NCBI GenBank assembly: GCA_964016885.1 | Contig: OZ024747.1 | Location: 69,130,001-69,194,000, forward strand | Direction: 5' to 3' | Length of the DNA: 64,000 nt | Source: Eledone cirrhosa | Lineage: Eukaryota | Part shown: piece after piece, positions 26,557 to 40,620 of the stretch | Layout: each line of letters opens with the position of its first letter | Position numbering within the stretch: the stretch's first letter is position 1 | Made by a program: the position numbers and the translations under genes | Notes under the pieces: generated by a model | What the model was told of the DNA's origin: nothing | Database searches by the model: none | What the model saw: only the letters and a program-made list of their open reading frames with translations

Positions 26557-28004
26557 TATATAAGATAGATAACTCTGGAGAAAACAATTATGTAAAAATA
26601 AGGACAGATGATAGATTGATATTTATGGTGAAAATACACAGTAAATAAAACCAGATGTTTTTCAAGAAATATACATACGAAAACATGTATGACAACCCTT
26701 TTGATTATTTCGGGTTAAAGGATCCCTTCTATCTAGCTTCCCCCTATTGTTACTTCTGAAACGGTATGCACCCAAAATGCGTTTGTTAGCATTCGTTACT
26801 TAAGACAAATTTAAAAGCCCACCACGTCCTCTGGATGCATGATAATAGTGAAGGATTGGTTTTAACAGAAGTCTGTCACTTGAAGTCGTCCTTTCTCTCG
26901 GATTTACTTGGAATTCCATTACTAGGATCTCCCCGCAGTAACCATTAAATCACATTCTTTATGAAGGATTTGTTAGACTTTCAAGTGACTATCGTTGTTT
27001 CGTTGCATGTTATACGAACGGCCACGACATTTATTTTTCGTTTCCCTTCTTACTTTTACAATATACCTAATTTCGGTTAAAGAATGGGATGCTGCTCCAT
27101 ACATCATCCAGACTTTCTCTCAATTGCTTCCTAGGCGACATATTAAAACCTGTTCCGATTTTATATCTGTTTGCATAAGTTTTCGCTTTACCCTGTCCCG
27201 AATAAATTCTGTACATTGCTGTTGTCTATGTTTAAAACCACCCCACTGGAAGTAATATGGGCAAAACCGTTCTTCTTTCATTTGACAAAGCATTTGTGTA
27301 TGAAATTAGAGCGTCTATGGTTTTCATCGTTGTTGATGTTGCTATTGTCAAACAACGTATCAAAGTCACCTTCAGTGCTCAAAAAGTCATTATTTGTTGT
27401 TTTTTTAACATGTCTGTATGAACTATTCATATTATTATTTTTTTTTTCTTTTGTGTTATTTACAGAAATATGTTGATGTTACAGTGAATATCCAGAACGT
27501 CGCCGCCATAATGGTAAAAGACAACAAAAGTCAAACCAGGACGACACAAAACGGCCTTCATAAAGTGAGTTTTACTCCAAAAGACAAATTATAAGCAAAC
27601 AATTTAAATAAATCGTGTTTTTGCAATGATATCCACATAAAGTAGAAGCTTTCTAATGCCTCAAACCAGTAATTATTCAAATTAGACAGAGCAAGAACAA
27701 ATAATGGTTTCTAATTTCGGCACAAAGATATCAATTTATTCCAAGAAAGGGGAGAATAGTCAATAAAATGAACCTGGTTCTTCAATTTATCAACCGCCAA
27801 AGGATAAAAAGAAAAAGGGACTACGGTGAGATTTGATCTCATAATACAAAATAACGTAAGTAAATAGCAGAGAGTATCTTATCCAAAGATCTAACGATAC
27901 TCCCTATCAAGTACATCCAGTTAGAAAATATTATTAGTCGGCTTATTGGACTATTATAAAAGTTGGTTTAGGTAACCTTAGCACAATCGAATATTGACAA
28001 ATAC

Positions 28005-28100
<96 letters not shown>

Positions 28101-28141
28101 GTGTGTATATGTGTGTATATACACACATATATATGTATATA

Positions 28142-28188
<47 letters not shown>

Positions 28189-28918
28189 AATGAAATATTT
28201 ACACTCGTAGTAAATATTCATAATATTCATGTGTTATACGATTTACTGTTTGTAATGTGTTGTCGTTGTTGTTGTTGTTATTGTTAATCCAACTCGTAAC
28301 CAAAAGCAACCCAGCTTATAACCTCCACAAGGAACTAAATGAGTTGATTGGTATTTCTAGCAGGTCTGGCGAACTCGTTCACTCGGATAACATTTTTATA
28401 TATAGTGAAATTAATAATGAATATTGTTGACTCATAGCATAACAAACGTTGTTGTAATCGTCTGCTAGAGAGAAACAAAATGATAGTACATACGACCTCG
28501 ATAGGAAGTTGTTTTTTTTAATAATTTCTTCTCCGACAACAGGCGGATGCTATAAAGGTATTTCTGCTATAGTTCTAGCATCGGATATCATATGAAGCAA
28601 ATTATCACACATACACACACATACAGACACACACATGCATACATACATATGGACATATATATGTGTGAGTATGCTTGTATGCGTGTGTGTGTACACATAC
28701 AGACACGAATATATACATAAGCCTACATATATATATATATATTATATTATATAATATATTTTATATATATAATATAATATAATATAATATAATATATATA
28801 TAAAATATAATTTGATATAATATAATATATATATATATATTTATATGAAATGAATAGGTGCTAGGAAAACTTGGCAAAATCCCCTCCTTATATCGGTATA
28901 TATGAATATATGAATGTA

Positions 28919-28957
<39 letters not shown>

Positions 28958-29149
28958 ACAGAGAAACAGAAATATATACACACGTATACACACATTCAAT
29001 ACTAACATGTAGAATGTATTAAGAAGCATGTTAGTACATAAATAATTTCTTGTTTGTTTAACTTATAATAGTTGATTATATACAAACACACGCATATATA
29101 TACATGTAAATAACAGGTGGATTCCCGAGGTATATAGGGAGGCGACCAC

Positions 29150-29194
<45 letters not shown>

Positions 29195-29390
29195 AAAGGT
29201 AAACAGAAATAACAACACAATCAGTACAGTATATGCACGGGATGAATTAGGTTAAAAGAAGAAAGAGGGGCTGTGTAGTTGGAGGATAAGGTGTACTTAT
29301 AAATAAGAGGAAAGAATGACCGGGAAAAACATTTTCCTCCATCAGTTGTCTGATTGAGATCATGGATATATATATATTATATATATATAC

Positions 29391-29446
<56 letters not shown>

Positions 29447-30054
29447 GTACATATATATATGCATGTGCATGTCTGTGTTTGGGTATGTAGTTGTGTGTGT
29501 GCGTGCATTTGTATATATTGTCTCATCCACCCTCTCACTCTCCCTCTCAATGAGTATCTTGTGGGGGGGGGGTGAGGAACGTTATCAGATATATTTGGGG
29601 GAGGAACCATTGTAGTGGATAATGGAGGGGGGGGGGGCATTAGCAAAGGGAGGCATTATGTGTAAAAACCGTCCACCTCTCTCTCTCTCTCTCTCTCTCT
29701 CTCATCTCCTCCTTCTCCCCCTCTTTCATTTATCCCTTTCCTTCCTCCTCCTCCTTCTACCTCATCCATCTCCTCCTCCTATAGACATGTAGAGGTCGGG
29801 TCAGCCCACAATTCCTTGGCATATTACCTCCCTTTCCTTCCACCTGTTCGATAAAACACATAGCTACGTACGTATAATCACATATATTTTAGAGATAGAT
29901 TTTTGGTGTATACATATATACATATACGTGTACGTATATGTATATATACTATATATAATTGTTTCTACTTTGGGCACAAGGCCAGCAAACATCCAGTACA
30001 TTACTGGTACTTTATTTTATCGACCCCGTAAGGATGAAAGGCAAAGTTAACACG

Positions 30055-30088
<34 letters not shown>

Positions 30089-30113
30089 TAATATATATTC
30101 ACGTGTGTGTGTT

Positions 30114-30179
<66 letters not shown>

Positions 30180-30240
30180 TATATATACACACATATATAT
30201 ATACACATATATATATACACACATATATATATATATATAC

Positions 30241-30286
<46 letters not shown>

Positions 30287-30507
30287 TATCATGTATACAT
30301 ATAGATATATATTATATTTACTATATATACATATACGTACATATATATATATGTGTGCATGTATGTATATATATATACATACTACTGTACATCTGTATAC
30401 ATATATGTATGTACGTGTATACATATATGTATGTACTTATATTTAAGTAACAGCCGTACTAAGAGTGGAATGAAATTTCGTTTCATTTTTTCCGATTATA
30501 TATATAT

Positions 30508-30541
<34 letters not shown>

Positions 30542-30902
30542 CGATATTTACGTATCTATGTATCAATATATATGAATATACGATATTTACGTATCTATGT
30601 GTCAATATATATGAATACAGATTAATATATATGTGTGTATATATTGTTATCAAGAAATACCAATATGGCCACTTTCTCGCCGTTTTCTTTGATAGTTATT
30701 GATAGTGATTCTCCTATTCCTTCTTTTTCATTCTTATATTCTTTCTCTTTCACTGAGATTATCTCTCTTTCTCTCCTTCCTTTCTTGTGCATTGAAGTTA
30801 CGAGTGATTGTGTGTGTGTATCTCTGTGTGTGTGAGAATGTGTGTGTCTGTTTCTGTATGTGTGTTTGTGTGCATGTGTGTTTGTGTGTGTGTGTATATG
30901 TA

Positions 30903-30945
<43 letters not shown>

Positions 30946-31010
30946 TTGTGTAGGTGTGTATGTTTGTGAATGTGTGTGAGTATGTGTGCATGTGTGTATG
31001 TGTCTGTGTA

Positions 31011-31044
<34 letters not shown>

Positions 31045-31270
31045 TTTGTGTATGTGTGTGTGTGTGTTTGTGTATGTGTGAGACTATGTGTGTTTGTGTG
31101 AGTGTATATGTGTGTGTGTGTGTTTGTCTGAGTCAGTGTGTTATAGCTATAAAGAGGTGGTGTAGAGTGTGAGAGCTGAGAAAAATAACTGAGCTAAAAT
31201 GGGAGAGAGAGAGAGTGAGTGAGAGAGAGAGAGAGTGAGTGAGAGAGAGAGAGAGTGAGTGAGAGAGAGA

Positions 31271-31329
<59 letters not shown>

Positions 31330-31718
31330 AATGACAGATAGACATATAGAGAGGTAGAGAGATCAATAAACAGAGACAGAGAATGAGGAAGTGGGAGTGA
31401 ATAAATGTGGAGGAGAGAAATTTTATGAGATAAAGTGAGAGAGAGAGATCAAGAGATGTAAGGAATGGGGAGTGTATGTGTGTAGAGAGAGGGGGAGAGA
31501 GAGAGGGGGATTGCGGAGAGAGGGAGAGAGAGGGGGAGAGAGAGAGGAGGAGAGAGAGAGATAGAGAGAGGGCAGGCTGTTGTTATCTGGGCGGAGACTC
31601 GCTCCTGTGGAACAGGTTTTAAATATAAAAGTGAATGCTGTTAGTTTTGTTTATTCTTTCTTTTCCATACTCACTGTAGATTCCATTGCTATCATAGCAC
31701 AGGCGTAATATTACTACC

Positions 31719-33352
31719 ATACATACACACATATACATATATACATACATACACATATGTACATATATACATACATATATACATACATACATACATACAC
31801 ATATATGCATATATACATATATACATACATACATACATATACATATATACATACACATATGTACATATATACATACACATACATATATACATACATACAA
31901 CATACACATATATGCATATATACATATATACATACATACACACATATACATACACACACATATGTACATATATACATACACACACATATACATATATACA
32001 TACATACACATATGTACATATATACATACATATATACATACATACATACATACATACACATATATGCATATATACATATATACATACATACATACATATA
32101 CATATATACATACACATATGTACATATATACATACACATACATATATACATACATACACACATATACATATATACATACATACACATATGTACATATATA
32201 CATACACACACACATATACATATATACATACATACACATATGTACATATATACATACATATATACATACATACATACATACATACACATATATGCATATA
32301 TACATATATACATACATACATACATACATATACATATATACATACACATATGTACATATATACATACACATACATATATACATACATACATATATACATA
32401 CATACAACATACACATATATGCATATATACATATATACATACATACACACATATACATATATACATACATACACATATGTACATATATACATACACACAC
32501 ATATATACATACATACATAAATACATACATACATATACATATAAGTATATATACATATATACATACAAACACATATACATATATACATACATACACATAT
32601 GTACATATATACATACACACACATATATACATACATACATATATACATACATACATATGCATATAAGTATATATACATATATACATACAAACACACATAT
32701 ACATATATACATACATACACATATGTACATATATACATACACACACATATATACATACATACATACACACACATATATACATACATACATATATACATAC
32801 ATATATATGCATATATGCATATATACATATATACATACATACACACATATACATATATACATACATACACATATGTACATATATACATACACACACATAT
32901 ATACATACATACATATATACATACATACTACATACATACACATATATGCATATATACATATATACATACATACACACATATACATATATACATACATACA
33001 CATATGTACGTATATACATACACACACATATATACATACATACATATATACATACATACATATGCATATATACATATATACATATATACATACATACACA
33101 CATATACATATATACATACACATATGTACATATATACATATATACATACACACACATATATACATACATATATACATAGATACACATATGTACATACATA
33201 TATACATACATACATACATACATATACATATATACATACATACACATATGTACATATATACATACACACATATATATACATATATACATACACGCACACA
33301 CATATATACATACATACACATACATACATACACACACATATACATATATACA
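31719..33352. repeat. 1.6-kb cryptic (CATA/TA/CA) satellite with recurring higher-order units
   Basis: Recurring landmarks catatgtacatatatacatac and atatgcatatatacat. Confidence 0.95.
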
Positions 33353-33738
33353 ATATATATAACAATTGTTTCTACTTTCGGCACAAGGCCAGCAAATTAC
33401 CAGTGTATTACTGGTACTTTATTTTATCGACTCCGTAAGGATGGAAGGCAAAGTTAACCTGATATATAATATACATATATATGTACATCTCTCATATATA
33501 TATGAGAGATGTACATATATATATATGAGAGATGTACATATATATATATATGAAAGATGTACATATATATGTACATCTCTATCTTTCTCTTTCTCCGTAA
33601 CCCAACGGCTTATTTTAAAAATATTCAATACTAATTATATAATTAAAGCTACAACTCCACTACCCGGGAGCTTCCAACAGTAATGGTTGCATTCTTTAAG
33701 GGTATGTCAATATTTATTTATAAAACTGATCTATATTA

Positions 33739-33803
33739 TATTTTATCTGATGAAAGCACACCATAATTTAACTTGGTGTCCTTGAAATATGTATAATGAA
33801 ATA
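33739..33803 (+). ncRNA. Type I hammerhead ribozyme (intact core)
   Basis: Stem I uauuuuau/augaaaua; CUGAUGA 33747-33753; stem II aag.acacca/uggugu.cuu; GAAA 33784-33787; minimal stem III AU-augu-AU; predicted cut after AUA at 33795; AATAAA follows. Confidence 0.8.
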
Positions 33804-33863
33804 AATATGGTTTTATAAATATAGTTTCCATTTGTTAATATCGTATATATATATATATGAAAA

Positions 33864-33895
<32 letters not shown>

Positions 33896-33997
33896 CAGGG
33901 TCTCCCAAAAAATGTATACACATTTTAACAGCATTCTAATAATTATTGCCTGTGCAGGTAATCAAAGTGTGTATATCTGTTTTTTTTGGGCACCCTG
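33896..33997. mobile_element. Tc1/mariner-type MITE, copy 2
   Basis: ta-cagggt...accctg-ta. Confidence 0.75.
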
Positions 33998-34010
33998 TAT
34001 ATATATATAT

Positions 34011-34220
34011 GAAAATGTTCAAGACCCCGACGGCAGAACTCAAACCGTTTCGACAGCTATTTCTGGAGTCTGGACTCTGCGTCCAGAAATAGCCGTCGAA
34101 ACGGCTTGAGCTCTGCTGTCGGGGTCTTGAACATTTTCCTATTACCCACTCTTATTAACCCTAAGTATTGAGTACTCTGGTACGTTATGGTCCACCTGGT
34201 TTCTAACCACACTTCCTTCG

Positions 34221-34222
<2 letters not shown>
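34011..34222 (+). mobile_element. Palindromic half-hammerhead element, copy 2
   Basis: Inverted arms ~34011-34067 / 34082-34138, then shared tail, flanked by (TA)n. Confidence 0.8.
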
Positions 34223-34292
<70 letters not shown>

Positions 34293-34409
34293 ATTAAGTC
34301 AAATACATATATATATATATATGTAGGAGGTGAGTTTTATTGTAGTACAATATGTTGATTTAAAACTGCACTATCCACAAGTGTTTTTAACCTTCATATC
34401 ATGTCCTCC

Positions 34410-34480
34410 TATTTTATCTGATGAAAACACAAATGTTATTGCATGATGATATTTGTTTTTGAAATGCGCATAATAAAATA
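34410..34480 (+). ncRNA. Type I hammerhead ribozyme (intact core)
   Basis: Perfect 8-bp stem I uauuuuau/auaaaaua; CUGAUGA 34418-34424; ~15-bp stem II; GAAA 34461-34464; palindromic stem III AUgcgcAU; predicted cut after AUA at 34472. Confidence 0.85.
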
Positions 34481-35394
34481 TATGGAACTCGTTTAACCAT
34501 CTTTTGATCTTATATATTATATATATATATATATATGTACATCTCTCTCTCTCATTATATATATAATATATGTGTGTGTATATGTATATATATATATATG
34601 TATTTATGTATATATACCTACACACTTCTATAGTTCCCGTCAAATTACACTTCCAAGCTATTGATCAACACATGGCTGTACAGCAAGACCCCCACCCAAG
34701 TTACTGTGTAGTGGGACTGAATCTAGAAACACATTGTTTGTGGAACCACGCAATCCATGTCTACATCTAACAGTTTATAAAATTGTTATTCTAGTCTCGT
34801 TTGACGCAAATATTATCTTTTCTTCTTCTTTTTTCTTTTTTTCTTTCTTTTTCTATTTATTACTCTCGGGTCCCAAGAAGAAGTGTTTAAGGACTCTGTC
34901 CCCACACCCTCTAAGGAATAAGTGGGCGAAGAAGAAGAAAAAGAAGGATGGGGAGAAAAAGAAGTAGATGAAGAAAAAGAAGAAGAAGAAGAAGAAGAAG
35001 AAGAAGAAGAAGAAGAAGAAGAAGAAGAAGGATGATGATGAGGAGGAGGAGAGTCCCAAATAATATAGGTGGTTGGAATAAGTGTGTGGGTGGTGGTAGG
35101 CCATAAGGAGGGTAGTTGGAATAAGTGTGTATGTGGGTGAGTGGGAAATCGATAATTTTTCTATGTAGTCTCCGTTGATTTTAAAAAAAATCAAAATTGC
35201 GTCGGAGATTTAAAAAAATAATTGTTTCTACTTTTGGTACAAGGTCAGCAATTACCCAGTTCATTACTGGTACTTTATTTTATCGACCCCGTAAGGATGA
35301 AAGGCAAAGTTGACCTCGGCGGGATTATAACGATTATAATAAAGGAAAGGGAAACATATGCAACAAAATGTGTTTCATTTTTAAATATAATTTT

Positions 35395-35775
35395 ATAACA
35401 TATATTGTATTTCTTATGTATAACATATATTGTATTTCTTATGTATAACATATATTGTATTTCTTATGTATAACATATATTGTATTTCTTATGTATAACA
35501 TATATTGTATTTCTTATGTATAACATATATTGTATTTCTTATGTATAACATATATTGTATTTCTTATGTATAACATATATTGTATTTCTTATGTATAACA
35601 TATATTGTATTTCTTATGTATAACATATATTGTATTTCTTATGTATAACATATATTGTATTTCTTATGTATAACATATATTGTATTTCTTATGTATAACA
35701 TATATTGTATTTCTTATGTATAACATATATTGTATTTCTTATGTATAACATATATTGTATTTCTTATGTATAACA
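35395..35775. repeat. 25-bp minisatellite, about 15 identical units
   Basis: Unit taacatatattgtatttcttatgta. Confidence 0.97.
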
Positions 35776-35848
35776 ACGTTATAAGATGTATGAAAAAATT
35801 GGTAAAAATTATTTTTATCGCGATCAAATCCAGCCGATGTCAAAATTG

Positions 35849-36018
35849 CCTTACACCCTTTCAGGGTCAATAAAATAAAGTACCAGTAATGTACTGAGGT
35901 AATTGCTGGCCTTACACCCTTTCAGGGTCAATAAAATAAAGTACCAGTAATGTACTGAGATAATTGCTGGCCTTACACCCTTTCAGGGTCAATAAAATAA
36001 AGTACCAGTAATGTACTA
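35849..36018 (+). repeat. ~61-bp tandem triplication of the SINE core
   Basis: ccttacaccctttcagggtcaataaaataaagtaccagtaatgtact x3. Confidence 0.9.
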
Positions 36019-36029
36019 GGGAATGAAAT

Positions 36030-36223
36030 AAATGTTTCTACTTTAGGCACAAGGCCAGCAATTATCTCAGTACATTACTGGTGCTTTATTTTATCGACCT
36101 CGTAAGCATGAAAGGCAAAGGTAACCACGGTGGGATTTGAACTCAGACCGTAAAGGGCCGTAACTCTATGCATGCTGCAAAGCATAGCGTCCGACCCTCT
36201 ACCGATACCGCCAATCCACCGCC
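36030..36223 (-). mobile_element. Family A SINE, short form
   Basis: Head, core and tail present. Confidence 0.88.
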
Positions 36224-36565
36224 CAAATAAAGAACTTTTCCCTATTCTTAAAATCGGTGGACTTTTACCTTAATTAGAAACCAGGGGTCGATAAAATAAA
36301 ATACCAGTAATGCACTGAGTAATTGCTGGCCTTGTGCCAAAATTATTATCACTAGCATCATCCTTATGGGGTCCATAAAAGAAAGCACCAGTAATACACT
36401 GGGGTAATTTCTGGTCTTGTACCAAAAGTAGAAATAATTATTACCATCATATGATTCCAGTTCCTCAGTGAAATAACAACCCAACCAGGAACTGGGCATA
36501 TCAGAGTATTGACAAAGTTAAACACCTCAACAACATATGTACTCGTCTCTACCACACCAATTCGG

Positions 36566-36620
36566 ACTGCCTGAAGAGGTCACAGCCAAAGATGGCTGTC
36601 ACCGAAATATATATAGCAGT
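36566..36620 (+). ncRNA. Type I hammerhead ribozyme (intact core)
   Basis: Stem I ACUGC/GCAGU; CUGAAGA 36571-36577; stem II ggu.acagcca/uggcugu.acc with G10.1-C11.1; GAAA 36604-36607; palindromic AU-auau-AU; cut after AUA at 36615; AATAAA at 36621-36626. Confidence 0.87.
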
Positions 36621-36664
36621 AATAAACGAAGCCAAATTTTAAATATTTGACTTATTTATTTTAT

Positions 36665-36702
<38 letters not shown>

Positions 36703-36809
36703 TTAATCTGTTATTTTAATAAATATTTGCTCTACGGTTCTTATATATCTGATATATATTTATCCTTATCGAGCCCTCTTTGGATTTTAGTCTTCACATT
36801 TATTATTAT

Positions 36810-36875
<66 letters not shown>

Positions 36876-37102
36876 GTGTGTGTATGTGTGTGTTGATAAA
36901 CGTGTAGACAGATTATATATACATATATAAATTATAAAGTAATTATCAAATGTAGGCAAATACAGCCACACCATCATACATGTAACTGTTGTGATACTAT
37001 TGGGGGGGGGGGACAGCAGTTAGCAATAGATGAGGTGAGAGAAAGAACGAAAACTGCGATAGATTATGCTTTGTTTTCACTGAAACACTGCTGCTGCTGC
37101 TG

Positions 37103-37168
<66 letters not shown>

Positions 37169-38081
37169 TGATAGTAGTCCATTGAAACTGCTCCAGTATT
37201 TATTGGTACTTTGTATATCGACCACGGAGTGATGAAGGTAAATTTGACCTTGATGGGGCTTTGAATTCAGAATGTAACGGGAAGTGACACAATAGAGAAA
37301 GGTATTTGTGTGACGCTCTATCGAGTTTACGATCCACAAGGCCACTATTTATAGTTAATTATGTAGTGCCTAACTGGTTATCTAATATGAGTACAGGCAG
37401 AGTTGGATTAACCATTGAGGAAATAAACACATGCTTTGGATATGAATGGACGAGGGGCGCCATTTTATTCATATTAAATGTATTTTCCCCACTAACTGCT
37501 CCTAAATATTTTGCAGACTTTATATATGGTTGGAGTGGGGCACAATAATCTTTTAAGTGCTTAGGACCTCAAAAGGACTTAATCCGGGTCACATACTGCA
37601 CGTATGTATGTATGAGTGTATGTATGTACGTATGTATGAATGAGTGTATGTATGAATGTATGAGCATATGTATGTGTGTATGCATGCATGTATGTATGTA
37701 TGAATGTATGTATGAGTATATGCATGTATGTATGTATGCAAACGATAAGAGTAACCTCACTGCTTGGATGCTACTTATTTAATCGACCTCGTGAAGATGT
37801 AATCTTAACCCCGATATAATTTGAACTTAGAACGTAAACAGACCGCTGACATCAGCATGTTTTGTCTTTGTCGGTGTTGATGGGATTGATTTATAATGTA
37901 AACGTAAGGCCACGTATGTGAGTGGTTATGTGGGCGTGTGCTTCAAGGATCGATACTCATTTTATCGAACCCGAAAGAACAAAAGGTGAAATACATTTTG
38001 GACGGATTTAGTATTATAAAATTAGAACTGCTGCAGAGGGACTGTAACCAAAAGTATGTGAACACACACAAATATACAAAC

Positions 38082-38153
<72 letters not shown>

Positions 38154-38371
38154 ACCTTACTTACTGTGGTTACCGCCGATTGAACCCGGGATAAACTTTA
38201 TATATATAATAGAAAACGAAAAATCAGTGATTCATCTGAATTCAATTTATTGTGTGTTACAATTGTTTCCCCGGCAGACAGCTGGAGACGCGATCATTGT
38301 GTGGATCTGTCTGATTCTGGACCCGCAGATTCGACGGATACGTCTAATGATTTCGGAGCATATTCTCTCAC

Positions 38372-38418
<47 letters not shown>

Positions 38419-40399
38419 ATACATATATGTATGTAAGTATGGATCCGAAACTCCTGGTGGAGTCTTACACTTATCTTGGGCAGTTGTGGCATACACTTAT
38501 CTTGGGCATCTTATAAACCTGACGAAGCCCATCCCTTCTTCTAGAGAAAAGAGTGATTAGAGAGACAGTGAGAACAATTATATAAAAAGGTGGAAGTTGA
38601 AGTTAACACTCACGGGCTTTGAGCTCAGATCACACCCACGTGTATGTACAACACATACACGTTTCATGTTCGTATATTTAACAAAACATCTTCTCTTCGG
38701 TTTCATAAGTTACCGGTGAAACGAACAAAATGCGAGCCGTACGTCCAATACCTCAAATATACTACCGTTCCTCTCTCTAGTTGAAGAATATAATGCATAC
38801 TTTAATTAGTTTAGCACCGCAGTTATGCCTGCTGTATCTTACACCACTGCTTAACTCCGTAGGTGTATTTAGCTGACTTCGGTTTCTGGATAGATACTGG
38901 TTTCTAATTTAAGCGCAGTTTCCCTGTCCCACAAATTAAGCAATTTGTGGGACATTAAGCAATTTGTGGGACAATGAAAATCATTTATTTTGTCAAACCC
39001 AGAAGGATGAAATGCAAAGTTGACTTCGGCGGGATATCAACCCATTACGAAAAATGCTGGAACAAATACTAACTACTAAGTATTTGTCCGATTGTTTAAC
39101 TACTCTGTTAAAACGGCCACTCTGGGGATAAATAATTCAATATATTTAGTGTACTTTTTAGTAGACTCTGCCTTGAAGATAGATAACTCGATATATTTAG
39201 TTAAGGTACCTTGAGCAGGCTCTGCTCTTCGAATAGATTACTCAGTATATTTAGTTAAGGTATCTTTAGCAGGCACTGCAAGTAGGTAATTCGATATATT
39301 TAATTACTGCCTCCTAGTACATAGATACAGTTCTTTTCTTATCCTTTGACAAACAGTCAAATTTACCCTGCATAAAGGTCATTGACACTGCAATTTACCC
39401 CTTCGACTAATCCCAAGATTTAAGAAACGTATTCCTGTGTCTCACTTCGAATTCTGCTGCGGTCAACTTTGCATATCATCTTTTGGACGGTATGTGGAGT
39501 GAGGCCTAAAAAAGGACCATTTATGTATTGGTCGACTCTTGACGGTCTGCTTGCCTACCCGCCTGCCTCTGTCTGTTTGTCTATCTATCTGTGTGTCTGT
39601 CTGTATGTATGTTTATCTGTTTGAGTGTCGCTCTCTCCCCTAGAAGCATTATTTACTGCTATTTTTAGCATGTGGAGCGACTGCGAGAGGCTTTTTCGTT
39701 AGATTTTTAAATGCTGTGTACAGAATCTACTACACAAATACACGTATGTCAACACAAGTCAACGTGGAAACCTGCCAGAAAAAGCAGTAAATTTACTTTC
39801 TAATAACACCTTGCTGTCTTATATTTTTTAAAGAAGCATTTATTACACAATATCATCCTTAATATAAAAAAATATTAGATCGCAATTGCTGAAATGCCTT
39901 TGATCTTAGATCCACTTGATCAGAACTGACCTGAAGCTAAACAACAACAAAAACTAGAATACCAACTAGACAACGAAAGAGCCATTAGGTGGTAGCTTTA
40001 CTTGCTAGAAATAGAAGACAAATCTCAACCTGTTCTTTTTAAAAAGAACACATCGTATAATGTATTCCTAAATACAACATCTCTGAAAAATGATAAAAAT
40101 GGAATGGTGATAACGGCAACAATTTCCTATGTTGATAGATGTGTTCAATGAGGGTTAGCTGGGGCTAAACAACAATATTTAGGAACACAAAGCTTTGTTG
40201 TATAAGAAGAATTTCAACCAGCTAGGCTTCTTTATCTCCAGTTGCACATAACGCGGGCGTTTGCATACCAATGTATGCATCCGTAAATATGCATGAATAG
40301 AAATGTAGAAATCTCCATAGCTTATTGTAGTAAGCTTGTATATTACGGTTTCATATCGCTAAGTATTGTTGTTGAATCGTTTCCATGTTCCACATGAAA

Positions 40400-40620
40400 G
40401 GAATATTAGCATACAGACAGACCCCCAAATAGCACCCAATAAGCCTGACATCATTCTCCATGACAAAAATGGGTGTTTATTATTGACATAGCAAAACCAA
40501 ATGATTATAATGTGCAGAAGCAAGCTAAAAAAGCTACGGTATTACACTGATCAAGGTGTTGAATAAAAGAAGCATTATGGTAATTAAGGACTGTGCCTGC
40601 CATTTATAATTGGCACATAA
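40400..40620 (+). pseudogene. Decayed restriction-like endonuclease fragment (R4/Dong-like)
   Basis: Manual translation IQTDPQIAPNKPDIILHDK, frameshift, FIIDIAKPNDYNV; related inverted fragment at ~41810-41875. Confidence 0.65.

Noticed and set aside
31619-33457. Long ORFs (400-570 aa) rich in Y/I/H/T or M/Y/V/C
   Set aside because: Stop-free translations of a (CATA/TA) satellite in many frames on both strands; not genes.
35395-35775. Possible CRISPR array
   Set aside because: Contiguous identical units with no spacers, in a eukaryotic context.
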